Positions 9,189-18,420 are shown, numbered from the stretch's first letter. The stretch: 64,000 nt of DNA from an uncultured Eubacteriales bacterium (GCA_964633715.1 CAZWHQ010000007.1:20914-84913); one strand, 5' to 3'. Numbers and translations are program-made. The notes: generated by a model not told the origin, from the sequence alone.

Positions 9189-12100
9189 TTACATTAAAGT
9201 CAACTCCTTCAAGACAGTAATCGTTTCATTCATAAATGCAGTTTCGTTCTCCGTACGAATTTTTAGGCTGAGAACGCCTTGTGGAGTGACAGTTCCATCA
9301 CGTTCTTCCATAAGTTTTGTCAATCGAATCAAATCCCCTGAAAAAGAAGGGGAAAATTTAAAAATGATTTTATGTCCAACACGGTTTAAACTTTTGATCT
9401 TTAGTGTATGGGAAAGAAATTTTACAGCCCCGTATCGCAACAGATTTTCTACACTTTCAGGAAGAATCCCAAACCTGTCTTTGATCTCATCGCGGATTCG
9501 ATCCAATTCTGCCAAACTCTCCACCGAAGAAATTCTTTTATATAAATTAAGTCTCATATTCATCTGAGGAAGATATTCCTCAGGAATTTGAATATCCATT
9601 TTTAAATTAATTTCACTTTGGACACCTTTATCTTCATCCCCCTTAAGCCGTTTGACAGTTGAATCCATGAGATGCATATAGTACTCAAATCCTACGGCTT
9701 CCATATATCCATGCTGCTGAGATCCAAGAAAGTTTCCCGCTCCACGAATCTCAAGGTCTCTGGCAGCCAACCGAAATCCAGATCCTAACTCACTGAATTC
9801 TTTGAGTGCTTTCAATCGTTCCTTGGCCAGGACAGTGAGGTCCGAGAAGGGCGGTACAAGAAAATAGGCTACGGCCTGCCGAGAAGACCGGCCCACCCGT
9901 CCACGAAGTTGGTACAGCTGAGACAATCCAAATTTATCGGCCCTGTTGACAAAAAGAGTATTGACAAGAGGAATGTCGATACCGTTTTCTATGATAGTTG
10001 TGGAAACAAGGACATTGTACTTCATCTGAATAAAGTCGATCATCTTTTTTTCCAAATTGAGTCCAGAAATCTGCCCGTGGATCACAGCGACTTTGGCCTC
10101 CGGCACCCATTTTTCAATCATTTGAGCAATGGAGTCGATGTCCGTGATCCTGTTATGGATAAAATAAACTTGCCCGCCACGAGCCAACTCCGTTTTAATG
10201 CCCGAAGTGATAAGCTTACGGCTGAAAGGCGTGACAACCGTGTGGATGGCCAACCTATCTTTTGGAGGAGTTTCGATGAGACTGATATCTCTGAGTCCGG
10301 ATAGAGACAGATTAAGAGTTCTTGGTATTGGTGTTGCAGTCATAGTCAACACATCCACATTCATTCGCATCTGCTTGAGCTTTTCCTTATGTTTGACACC
10401 AAATCTCTGTTCTTCGTCGACAACAAGAAGTCCCAAATCTTGGAATTCAACATCTTGAGAGAGAATTCGATGAGTACCGATAATGATGTCTACAAGACCT
10501 TTTTTCAAATCCTCCAAAATCCTCCTCTGTTGATTTTTAGTCTGGAATCGAGTCAGACTCTCTACTCGTACTGGAAAAAGGACCATTCTGTCCCTGAACG
10601 TTTGCAAATGCTGGCTCGCCAATACGGTCGTTGGACACAGAACGGCCACTTGTTTGCTGTCCATGACGGCTTTAAAAGCCGCCCTCAGGGCCACTTCAGT
10701 TTTTCCATATCCAACATCACCACAGAGAAGCCTGTCCATTGGAGATTCGGATTCCATATCCAGCAGGATCCCCTCGATCGCCTTTTTTTGATCCCCGGTT
10801 TCTTCAAATTGGAAAGTTTTGTCAAATTCAATCTGCCAGGTCCCACTCGTGCTAAACTCAAAACCCTTGATCGCTTTTCTTTTAGCATAGAGATGGAGAA
10901 GCTCCTTAGCCATGGTCTCTATGGCTTTTTTTGTTCTCTCTTTAGTCCTCTCCCAATTTTTTGTGCCCAGTTTATTACATGAAGGTTTGACAGAACTCAA
11001 ATTCGAGTATTTCTGAACTAGATTCAAATCTTCCACAGGGACAAACAGCTTGTCGTTCTCTTTGTAGTGAATTTCGATAAATTCCCGATTTTTTTCATCC
11101 AACTCCATTTTGATCAAACCTTTAAAAACTCCAATTCCGTAATCGGTATGGACAACAAAATCCTCTGATTTTAAGTCGCGGAATTGAGAGACAAAAGGAC
11201 GGATCGGGGATCGGCTGACCAATACTTTTTCTTCGGTGAAAATATCCCTTTCGGAAAAAAGGATCCAATTGAACTGGGGATAACTAAAACCAAAAGCGAT
11301 GTCTCCTAAGAGAAGGGAGACAGCCCCATTCAAAGGTTGACCGAAAGGATCGGAAACCGGCTGGTTGGGAATTTCATGCTGGGACAACAGACTCGCCAGC
11401 TTCTGACGCACACCATCACTCGAGAAAAAAACGGATATCAAAGCCCCTTCATTCAAACCTTTCTTCAAATATTCAATGAAAAAGGGGATCTTATTATCAA
11501 ATCGAGTGACGGATTGAAAAGGGAAGTGATAAGTTTTTTTATTGGCCGTGGATGTCAGGCTGTGCAGATGAACAGCATCCTGCCCAATTTGATTCCAAAA
11601 ATTTATTGTGTACATTTTTTCAGGCGGCAGAGCCAGCTTATTTCGTTTTTTTAGCTCGGCATACTGCTCTTCATAATCCTTACAGAGCTCCCTCCAATCC
11701 TTCTCCACATCCTCAAAATCGTCCATGATATACACATGGTTGTTAAGGAAAAACTTGAACGATTGAAAAAAATCGGAAGCCAGCAGGGACAAAGAGTAGA
11801 AGGATGAAGGGATCTCTCCTTTTTCAAGCTCCGCAACCAGTTGGCCCAAATCTTTATCTTGAAAAAGGAAATTTTCTGTTTTGGCCCCAGTCTCCCAACA
11901 CTTGACAAAATCCGACAAAAAAAGAGGGAATTCATAGAGAGTTGGAATTGTGATGCGGTCCTTTTTTCGTAAAGACCGCTGCGAAGAAAGATCAAATTCG
12001 CGGAGGGAAGCCACTTTATCCCCGCTAAATTCAATCCTGTAAGGATAAGCCTGCCAGGGAGAAAAAACATCTACGATCCCTCCCCGCCAGGTAAATTCTC

Positions 12101-12620
12101 CATGTGAGTTGACCACTGATTCGCGTGTATATCCAGATTTTCTTATCCGTTCGATCAGAGTGTCTCTATCACAGACATCTCCTTTACTGATCTCAAGAAA
12201 AAATCTCCTCATATTTTCAGGACGCGGGAAGGGCCAAAGAAGGGCCGCAGGTTTGGTTAAGACCAAATGTGGAGGATCATAAAGAAGATCGTGAAAAAAC
12301 ATCATCCGTGCCGAAACAGTGTCCAGAGCAGGTGGGATGTTTTCATAAGGATTATCCAATAAAGGAGGAAACCAGTTAGCTTTTAATTCTGACGAAAATA
12401 TAGACAGAAAGCTCCGGCATTGGTCGGCAAAATTGGGGAGATTGGAAAATGAAGGCTGGATAAAAACAATCCTCTTTTTTGTTTCAGCCAAGAGTGCTGC
12501 CAAGAAAAAAGGCTTGGCTGCAGGGACAACCCCCGTCAGTTTTATTCCCTTTTTCCCCTCATTGATAGCCTCCACGAGCTCTTTGAAAGAATCTGTTTCT
12601 CGAATAAAATTCAAGTTCAT
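9189..12620 (-). CDS. mfd: Transcription-repair coupling factor Mfd
   Basis: 1143 aa. UvrB-homology region (RGGIVDVFSP), RID (VVHTDYGIG), SF2 motifs CGDVGYGKTE, DEEQRFG, TATPIPRT and QLRGRVGR, and a C-terminal TRCF domain. Confidence 0.97.
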   Translation of the reverse strand: MNLNFIRETDSFKELVEAINEGKKGIKLTGVVPAAKPFFLAALLAETKKRIVFIQPSFSNLPNFADQCRSFLSIFSSELKANWFPPLLDNPYENIPPALDTVSARMMFFHDLLYDPPHLVLTKPAALLWPFPRPENMRRFFLEISKGDVCDRDTLIERIRKSGYTRESVVNSHGEFTWRGGIVDVFSPWQAYPYRIEFSGDKVASLREFDLSSQRSLRKKDRITIPTLYEFPLFLSDFVKCWETGAKTENFLFQDKDLGQLVAELEKGEIPSSFYSLSLLASDFFQSFKFFLNNHVYIMDDFEDVEKDWRELCKDYEEQYAELKKRNKLALPPEKMYTINFWNQIGQDAVHLHSLTSTANKKTYHFPFQSVTRFDNKIPFFIEYLKKGLNEGALISVFFSSDGVRQKLASLLSQHEIPNQPVSDPFGQPLNGAVSLLLGDIAFGFSYPQFNWILFSERDIFTEEKVLVSRSPIRPFVSQFRDLKSEDFVVHTDYGIGVFKGLIKMELDEKNREFIEIHYKENDKLFVPVEDLNLVQKYSNLSSVKPSCNKLGTKNWERTKERTKKAIETMAKELLHLYAKRKAIKGFEFSTSGTWQIEFDKTFQFEETGDQKKAIEGILLDMESESPMDRLLCGDVGYGKTEVALRAAFKAVMDSKQVAVLCPTTVLASQHLQTFRDRMVLFPVRVESLTRFQTKNQQRRILEDLKKGLVDIIIGTHRILSQDVEFQDLGLLVVDEEQRFGVKHKEKLKQMRMNVDVLTMTATPIPRTLNLSLSGLRDISLIETPPKDRLAIHTVVTPFSRKLITSGIKTELARGGQVYFIHNRITDIDSIAQMIEKWVPEAKVAVIHGQISGLNLEKKMIDFIQMKYNVLVSTTIIENGIDIPLVNTLFVNRADKFGLSQLYQLRGRVGRSSRQAVAYFLVPPFSDLTVLAKERLKALKEFSELGSGFRLAARDLEIRGAGNFLGSQQHGYMEAVGFEYYMHLMDSTVKRLKGDEDKGVQSEINLKMDIQIPEEYLPQMNMRLNLYKRISSVESLAELDRIRDEIKDRFGILPESVENLLRYGAVKFLSHTLKIKSLNRVGHKIIFKFSPSFSGDLIRLTKLMEERDGTVTPQGVLSLKIRTENETAFMNETITVLKELTLM

Positions 12621-12628
12621 AACTTTTT

Positions 12629-12658
12629 ATTATACAAGGAGAAACCGAAGGAGGACAA
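12629..12658 (-). promoter_or_regulatory. Candidate sigma-70 promoter of mfd (probably leaderless transcript)
   Basis: TTGTCC-18 bp-TATAAT, ending 8 nt before ATG 12620. Confidence 0.55.
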
Positions 12659-12668
12659 ATGACTTTAT

Positions 12669-13058
12669 ATAAAGGAATTATCTCTATTTCTATGATTTCA
12701 AGAACGAGTTCTCCGTGAACTAGCAAGTCGATGAGAAACCACGCTGCGCTTTCCCCAGGAGTCGCCGGCGCATCCTGCTCCATCTTCGTCGAAGACCCAA
12801 CCCACCTCACCACCATGCTCCTCAGATGGACATGGATGCCGCCGGGCCTATCCTGCGTATCCTTCAGTTGAGGCGGATGGACGTCGTCGTCTCTGTCACC
12901 ATTCACAACTTCTGTGATGGGGGCAGAACGCGTAAGGGTTCCGTCCGACTCTAAAATAAAGAGGACATACCCATGCCCGCTCGTCCTCCCCGTGCTGATT
13001 TCTACATCATCTTCCCAGAACTCTTATACAATCACAGAAATAGAGATAATTCCTTTAT
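12669..13058. repeat. 29-bp inverted repeat pair (12669..12697 and 13030..13058) enclosing a GC-rich ~330-bp segment
   Basis: ATAAAGGAATTATCTCTATTTCTATGATT versus the reverse complement of AATCACAGAAATAGAGATAATTCCTTTAT: 28/29 identical. Interior 12701..13020 is about 56% GC by hand count, visibly above the AT-rich flanks. Confidence 0.9.
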
Positions 13059-15208
13059 TAGATGCGCCACCAGTAGGAAAACTTTACAAACACGCTGTAA
13101 TCTGTCTGCCCGAAATGCCCGAATTCATTTTTAAGCAGGTTGTTGTCGACTCCAAAGAAAAAGACCGTGCCTGGACGAAGAATCCAGCTGAAAAGAAAAC
13201 TCCCATAGATCTCCTCGTCAAAATGGTTGTAATCGACAATACCCCGCACAGATAGAGTTCTGCTGAGCTGATAGGTCGTCCGCGTGCGAAGGACGTTATA
13301 ATCGTAGAGGATATCTCCACCTCTATCTTCAAAAAATGTCTGTTTGATGTACTGAAGGTCCAGCCTAAGCCTTTTACTTGGCTTTAATCCTAAAAAAAGA
13401 GCATATGTGTTGTTGTGCCCGAGGAAAGGATCATCGGGATCATAATAGATGCTTCCCCCTGTTTCAAACACAACCACGGATGTCAGCCATTTCAGAAACG
13501 TGAATTGTCCCTCCAATTCGAACGAATTTTTCTTAAAATTAACACCGGCATACCGTTCCATATCGGTTTGAAATCGAAATCGTAGCTGACTAAATTCAGT
13601 AAACCGGAAATTGAGATCCCCTCTCAGCCACTCATCTTGAAGGAGATTTTCAGAAAAAAAGAATCTCCGTCCTGCGTTCAGGTTAAGTTGGATCTGGCTT
13701 AAATACTTTTTCTCGGGATAAACAGAGGCAAATGTAAAGGCCCCATAGGATTTATAATCCACCCGGTTCACATATCCTGAGGAAGCTTCAAAATCAGGAT
13801 GCATGGCCTGACTGAAGATCCCCGCACCCCAGTGCTTGGAGTAATAAAAAAATTCTCCGTACAGGGCGGGGACGATATCGGTCTCTTCATCGGAGAGTTT
13901 TGTTTTTGAGGCCAAAGCCTGAAAATTAAAAAAGAATTTATTGTTGAATTTAAGCTGTCCATCGATCCCGGCCACACGATTGTATGACCCATTGATCTGT
14001 CTATCGGTAAGAGCAAATCCGATGTAGGATTCTTTGAGCACATCGGCCTTGATCCTGAAGATGTTGAAGAGAGCATTGTCAGTTTTAGCGCCTCCTCCGT
14101 TGCTGACATCCCATAGACTTTCCGTAGGACTCGTATCTAGAGCCGTAAGAACACCGTATGTAAAACGTCCAATTTTTCCCGTCAACTTCCCCCCTGCTAT
14201 AGGATCATTGATCCTTCGTGTGTAGACCATGTTGATCTGGGGAAAACGGAAGATTTCCATCCCTTCGAGAAAAAAGGGCCTCTTTTCCTCATAAAAGAGG
14301 GCAAATCTTTGGTTCACGTCAATTTGAGGAGCATCGGCTTCGATGTGACTAAAATCGGGATTGATGGTCAGATCCAATGTGGAGTTGGATGTGATTCCCC
14401 ACTTAAAGTTGATGCCGGGATCAAAATTCAACCTCTCTCCTTTAATCTTAAGTGATGTGGCCACCGGCATGAGTTCGAAGTTCTTGCCTCGCTCCACCGC
14501 CTCTGTGAGCAAAATTTCTCCACCCTGAGCTAGGAGTCCGGGAATATCTCTCGTATAGGTAGGCCACATGACGATTTCTCCGCTTCGGGCGATACTCCGC
14601 CCAAGAACGACACTCCACACTTTGTTCTCGTCATCCGGAAAGCGGAGGCTTTTAAAGGGAATCGCCATTTCGACAGTGTATCCGTCGTCATCGATCCTAC
14701 CGCCAGAGAAAAAGGCGGCATCCCAACTGAAGTCCATGTTGTCATTCCCTCCTTCTTCCATTCGGATACAATCCATCTGGACACCCAGAGGATTTGCGAG
14801 GAATGAAAGGGCCCGTCGTTTTTCATTAAAGGTATCAAGAAAAATCACGACCCAGTCATCCTCGATACACTGGTCGCGGTTGGTGATCGAGGCCCTGATT
14901 TTGCCCGGTTCACTGTCGTAACATTTTATGGCCACGTACAGGTTCTTTTTGTCATAACCCAAATACATAACCGTTTTTTCTGTGGGCGGCGCCCCTTCTT
15001 TTGGAGACAACTGGAAGAACTGCTCGAACTTAAGAGCTTCTTCCTCCCACAAGGGATTATCTAATATTCCGTCGATTTTAGGAGCATTTGAGAACAGGGG
15101 TATAGGCAGAGGTTCCTCAGAAGCAGAAAATCCCAACGAGGTCAAGAGAACCAGTCCCAATATTACACACATAGAGAAAAAAGGGCTATTTTTAATCATA
15201 TTTTTCAT
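13058..15208 (-). CDS. DUF5916-family protein with N-terminal CBM9-like sugar-binding domain and probable outer-membrane beta-barrel
   Basis: Signal peptide, APKIDGILD...W, YDKKNLYVAI, GYTVEMAIPFKSLRF, LTINPDFSHIEAD and LFYEEKRPFFLEG; aromatic C-terminus FVKFSYWWRI. Confidence 0.8.
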   Translation of the reverse strand: MKNMIKNSPFFSMCVILGLVLLTSLGFSASEEPLPIPLFSNAPKIDGILDNPLWEEEALKFEQFFQLSPKEGAPPTEKTVMYLGYDKKNLYVAIKCYDSEPGKIRASITNRDQCIEDDWVVIFLDTFNEKRRALSFLANPLGVQMDCIRMEEGGNDNMDFSWDAAFFSGGRIDDDGYTVEMAIPFKSLRFPDDENKVWSVVLGRSIARSGEIVMWPTYTRDIPGLLAQGGEILLTEAVERGKNFELMPVATSLKIKGERLNFDPGINFKWGITSNSTLDLTINPDFSHIEADAPQIDVNQRFALFYEEKRPFFLEGMEIFRFPQINMVYTRRINDPIAGGKLTGKIGRFTYGVLTALDTSPTESLWDVSNGGGAKTDNALFNIFRIKADVLKESYIGFALTDRQINGSYNRVAGIDGQLKFNNKFFFNFQALASKTKLSDEETDIVPALYGEFFYYSKHWGAGIFSQAMHPDFEASSGYVNRVDYKSYGAFTFASVYPEKKYLSQIQLNLNAGRRFFFSENLLQDEWLRGDLNFRFTEFSQLRFRFQTDMERYAGVNFKKNSFELEGQFTFLKWLTSVVVFETGGSIYYDPDDPFLGHNNTYALFLGLKPSKRLRLDLQYIKQTFFEDRGGDILYDYNVLRTRTTYQLSRTLSVRGIVDYNHFDEEIYGSFLFSWILRPGTVFFFGVDNNLLKNEFGHFGQTDYSVFVKFSYWWRI

Positions 15209-15285
15209 CTATTCTGCAATTCCGTCATTTATCTCTAGTTAATACGATATTAAACTCCAGAAAGTTCTCCCTATGAAAGAAAATA

Positions 15286-15314
15286 TTGACAATTTTACAT
15301 AAATCCGATATTAT
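15286..15314 (+). promoter_or_regulatory. Near-consensus sigma-70 promoter of a small stand-alone transcript
   Basis: TTGACA (15286-15291), 17 bp, TATTAT (15309-15314). Confidence 0.65.
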
Positions 15315-15344
15315 TACTCATATAAATTTCACAAGGAGCCACAA

Positions 15345-15407
15345 ATGAAGAAATATTCAGTTCCTCGGACTGCCCACTGCTCAGAGGGCTGCCAGAAAAA
15401 ATCCTGA
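15345..15407 (+). CDS. Putative 20-aa small protein MKKYSVPRTAHCSEGCQKKS
   Basis: AAGGAG SD at 15333-15338 and ATG 6 nt later; lies between a consensus promoter and an intrinsic terminator. Not in the supplied ORF track. Confidence 0.5.
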   Translation: MKKYSVPRTAHCSEGCQKKS

Positions 15408-15455
15408 ATAAGATGTAAAACTGTTCACTCACCAGTACTTACTGTCAAATTAAGG

Positions 15456-15492
15456 GCCCGTTCACGTGATATCTGAACGGGCTTTTTATTTT
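15456..15492 (+). terminator. Intrinsic terminator
   Basis: Stem GCCCGTTCA / TGAACGGGC with a 9-nt loop, followed by TTTTTATTTT on the + strand. Confidence 0.75.
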
Positions 15493-16004
15493 CCGGAGGA
15501 ATTCATCTCGGCCGCAAGGCTGAAGATTCGCTGGATGATATCCGTACTGGAGTGATCAGGAAGATATGGAATGGTGACAACCTTCCCTCCTGCTAACTCG
15601 ACTTCCTTTTTCCCGACCACCTCTTCAGGTTTCCAATCTCCTCCCTTAACCAAGACATCCGGCAAAAGACATGAGATGATTTCTTTGGGTGTTTCTTCAG
15701 AGAAGGAGACAAGATAATCGATATCCTCAATAGCCTCTAAGACTTCCATTCTTTCTTCAAGAGGAAAAATAGGGCGGTTGGGCCCCTTTATTTTGCCTAT
15801 ACTTGAATCATCATTGACCGCAACAAGGAGGACATCCCCCAGTTTTTTAGCTTCGCGGAAGAGATGGATATGTCCCCTGTGCAGTATGTCAAAACATCCG
15901 TTGGTAAAAACCACTTTTTTTTGACGGTCTTTTAAGGCCTGCCGGATAAGAACCAAACGTTGAATGTCTTGAATTTTCTCCACGACTCTAATCAAGATAT
16001 CCAA
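15486..16004 (-). CDS. rfaE2: D-glycero-beta-D-manno-heptose 1-phosphate adenylyltransferase (HldE domain II, stand-alone)
   Basis: VVFTNGCFDILHRGH, VAVNDDSS, KGPNRPI, PDVLVKGGDW. Confidence 0.9.
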   Translation of the reverse strand: MDILIRVVEKIQDIQRLVLIRQALKDRQKKVVFTNGCFDILHRGHIHLFREAKKLGDVLLVAVNDDSSIGKIKGPNRPIFPLEERMEVLEAIEDIDYLVSFSEETPKEIISCLLPDVLVKGGDWKPEEVVGKKEVELAGGKVVTIPYLPDHSSTDIIQRIFSLAAEMNSSGK

Positions 16005-16311
16005 GGTCTTTAAGCTGCTGTTTGACTTTTTCCATATCTTCCGGAACTAATTCTTTAGTGACAGGAATAGAGGCCAAAGGATGTTTCTTCTTTCCCCATT
16101 GGATCATATTCCAAACTCTCTCATGAAGATAGTAAAATAGAATTTTTGAGAGCCCCTCAACTCCAATAACTCCCAAAGATAGAAGAATCTCGCCCGTAAA
16201 GATATAGACAATGATCCCGGTGGTTAAGGTCGCCACAATGCGCCAACTGACGGTTTTCATCACAGTGCGAGAGTGTGTTTCGACCATTGACCTTTTGCCT
16301 GGTTCAGCCAT
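15988..16311 (-). CDS. DUF2061-domain small membrane protein with C-terminal extension
   Basis: ETHSRTVMKTVSWRIVAT and FYYLHERVW are DUF2061 hallmarks; C-terminal tail VKQQLKDLGYLD. Confidence 0.8.
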   Translation of the reverse strand: MAEPGKRSMVETHSRTVMKTVSWRIVATLTTGIIVYIFTGEILLSLGVIGVEGLSKILFYYLHERVWNMIQWGKKKHPLASIPVTKELVPEDMEKVKQQLKDLGYLD

Positions 16312-17601
16312 TTATTTCTCCAAATCAATTTTTTTCGCAGAAGACTTGATCCGAATATTAGATGAGAATTCCCAACTGTGATCCGGACGAAATATCCCCA
16401 CATCCTTTTCACGAGAGGAAATCAGGAACGAGTAAAGGTTGCGGTGGTAATCAAAAGGATAACCGTCCCTCTTATGTACGGCAACATCTAAATAGTATGT
16501 CCCATTGACAAAATTGAGGCGATCTAACTTGATAGTGACCTTCCCTCTTCCACTTATAGAAGTTGGTTCCAATTCTTCAAGAATCGTATTGGTACCGTAA
16601 CAGCAAATCCCCTGAGAATTGAAAATGCCTATTCCAAAGACAAAGTCCTTTTTCTCGGAGTAGGCCTCCACTTCCAACTCTATGATCATCCCCTCATCCG
16701 GTGAAAAGACATGCTTAGCTTTCCCGTCTCTGTTTGTGATTACGGTCTTTTTTATTTCTATTTCTCTTTTTCCCCAACGGTTTTCCCTGCGATTCTCATC
16801 GTATTGTTCTTTTTTCTCGACAACCTTTTGGCGTTTTTCAAAATCCTCTTCCTGTTTATCTGCCACATCCTGGAGGTAGGCATCCACCACACGATGTGGT
16901 TCTCCGATAGTCTGGATGGCTCCGTCTTTAAGCCAGATCACCTTATCGCAGATTTTTCGGACCGTTGCCAGATCATGACTGACAAAGAGGATGGTTTTTT
17001 TTCTTCTCCGAAAATCATCGATACGGTCCAAGCATTTAGGAACAAAGGCGGCATCCCCTACGGCCAACACTTCATCCACGAGGAGGACATCTGGATTGAC
17101 ATTGATGGCGATGGAAAAACCCAGTCGCATATACATTCCCGAAGAATAGGTTTTGACCGGGGCATCTATAAACTCTTCCAGCTCAGCAAACTGCACGATC
17201 TCATCAAATTTTTCATGAATTTCTTTTTTAGAAAGCCCCAGCATGATCCCATTGATATAGATGTTTTCCCGGCCCGTTATCTCCGGGTGAAATCCCGCAC
17301 CTAGTTCGATAAGCGCCGATACTTTGCCGTTGACCGTGATAATTCCCGAAGTCGGTTTCGTTATCCCGGTAACTATTTTCAGAAGGGTGCTCTTGCCTGA
17401 ACCGTTTTCACCAATCACACCAATAGCCGTCCCCTTTTCGACCGCGAAACTCACATTGTTTAGGGCTGTTATGATTTCATCCGGTTCCATCGCTTTGAAG
17501 AGGTCTCCCTTGATCAGGGCACTCTTAAATGTTTTAAAACGATGCCGTGAAGAGTACTTCTGATATATACGCGTCACATTTTCCACAGTAATGGCCGCCA
17601 C
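16312..17601 (-). CDS. wzt: Polysaccharide export ABC transporter ATP-binding protein with C-terminal Wzt-C domain
   Basis: Walker A GENGSGKS, ALIELGAGFHPE, signature YSSGMYMRLGFS, LLVDE; C-terminal Ig-like domain. Confidence 0.9.
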   Translation of the reverse strand: MAAITVENVTRIYQKYSSRHRFKTFKSALIKGDLFKAMEPDEIITALNNVSFAVEKGTAIGVIGENGSGKSTLLKIVTGITKPTSGIITVNGKVSALIELGAGFHPEITGRENIYINGIMLGLSKKEIHEKFDEIVQFAELEEFIDAPVKTYSSGMYMRLGFSIAINVNPDVLLVDEVLAVGDAAFVPKCLDRIDDFRRRKKTILFVSHDLATVRKICDKVIWLKDGAIQTIGEPHRVVDAYLQDVADKQEEDFEKRQKVVEKKEQYDENRRENRWGKREIEIKKTVITNRDGKAKHVFSPDEGMIIELEVEAYSEKKDFVFGIGIFNSQGICCYGTNTILEELEPTSISGRGKVTIKLDRLNFVNGTYYLDVAVHKRDGYPFDYHRNLYSFLISSREKDVGIFRPDHSWEFSSNIRIKSSAKKIDLEK

Positions 17602-18420
17602 TTAGACCTCCTCCGGGAACGAGTCGCGAAGCTTGTCAAAAATATAATATCCGATGAAGAAAAAGACTACTGAGACAAGGAAGGTAATCCCCAACTTTTT
17701 CCAGCGGATCATTTCCCCAAAAAAAACACTATTCTGGTAACCCAGCATGATGTGGGTCATGGGATTCAAATTCATCCAAAGCTTCAGGATTTTGGAATTT
17801 TGTATGGCAGGAAGAGCCATGGTGTAGATGATCGGTGTGGCAAAAAACCAGAATGTCAGTATATTTGTCAGGATATCCTTGATGTCTCTAAAATGAACGG
17901 TCAGGGATGAGACAAGGAAGGCAAAACCCAGAGAAAACACAAACTGGACCACAATGACCAAAGGCAAAAAGAGTAAAAACAGAGAGTACTGTCTGCCAAG
18001 GATAGGAATAAAAATTAAAAGGATAGGGAGCCCCAGTATAAAATGCACAAAATTGCTGATCACAACAACAATGGGAAGAATTTCGACCGGGAACAGAACT
18101 TTTTTAATCAGATTACCCTGAACCATCAGCACATTGGCCGATTCTATACACGACGCAACAAACCATGTCCAGGGCAGGACTCCACAAAAAAGAAAGAGAG
18201 CGTAAAACCAGGGATTGTTTTCAAAAGCAGGATCTCTTGGCCCTATGATTAGACCAAATACGATCGTGTATATGGCCATTAAAAGAAGAGGATTAATAAA
18301 TGACCAGAGAAATCCCAGTATCGTTCCCCTGTATCTGGCCTTGAGCTCACGGCTTACCAGGTTCTGGATCAGAACCCGATATTTGTACAGTCCTATGAGA
18401 TTATTGTAAAGACGACGCAT
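17602..18420 (-). CDS. wzm: Polysaccharide export ABC transporter permease
   Basis: RELKARYRGTILGFLWSFINPLL, NLIKKVLFP, WFFATPIIY, LNPMTHI. Start set at ATG 18420 with a GGGAG SD. Confidence 0.9.
   Translation of the reverse strand: MRRLYNNLIGLYKYRVLIQNLVSRELKARYRGTILGFLWSFINPLLLMAIYTIVFGLIIGPRDPAFENNPWFYALFLFCGVLPWTWFVASCIESANVLMVQGNLIKKVLFPVEILPIVVVISNFVHFILGLPILLIFIPILGRQYSLFLLFLPLVIVVQFVFSLGFAFLVSSLTVHFRDIKDILTNILTFWFFATPIIYTMALPAIQNSKILKLWMNLNPMTHIMLGYQNSVFFGEMIRWKKLGITFLVSVVFFFIGYYIFDKLRDSFPEEV

Noticed and set aside
12669-13058. IR-bounded segment as RNase P RNA, tmRNA or retron ncRNA
   Set aside because: No GAGGAAAGTCC-type RNase P motif, no tRNA-like ends, and no reverse transcriptase nearby.
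12559-13255. Listed ORFs 12559..12906 (-) and 12914..13255 (+) as real genes
   Set aside because: They overlap mfd and the DUF5916 gene respectively, lack credible starts, and share EIEIIPL only because each crosses one arm of the inverted repeat.
15405-15476. Selenocysteine read-through of the small ORF's TGA into a further 23 codons
   Set aside because: No convincing SECIS-like hairpin right after the TGA, and the extension runs into the terminator stem.
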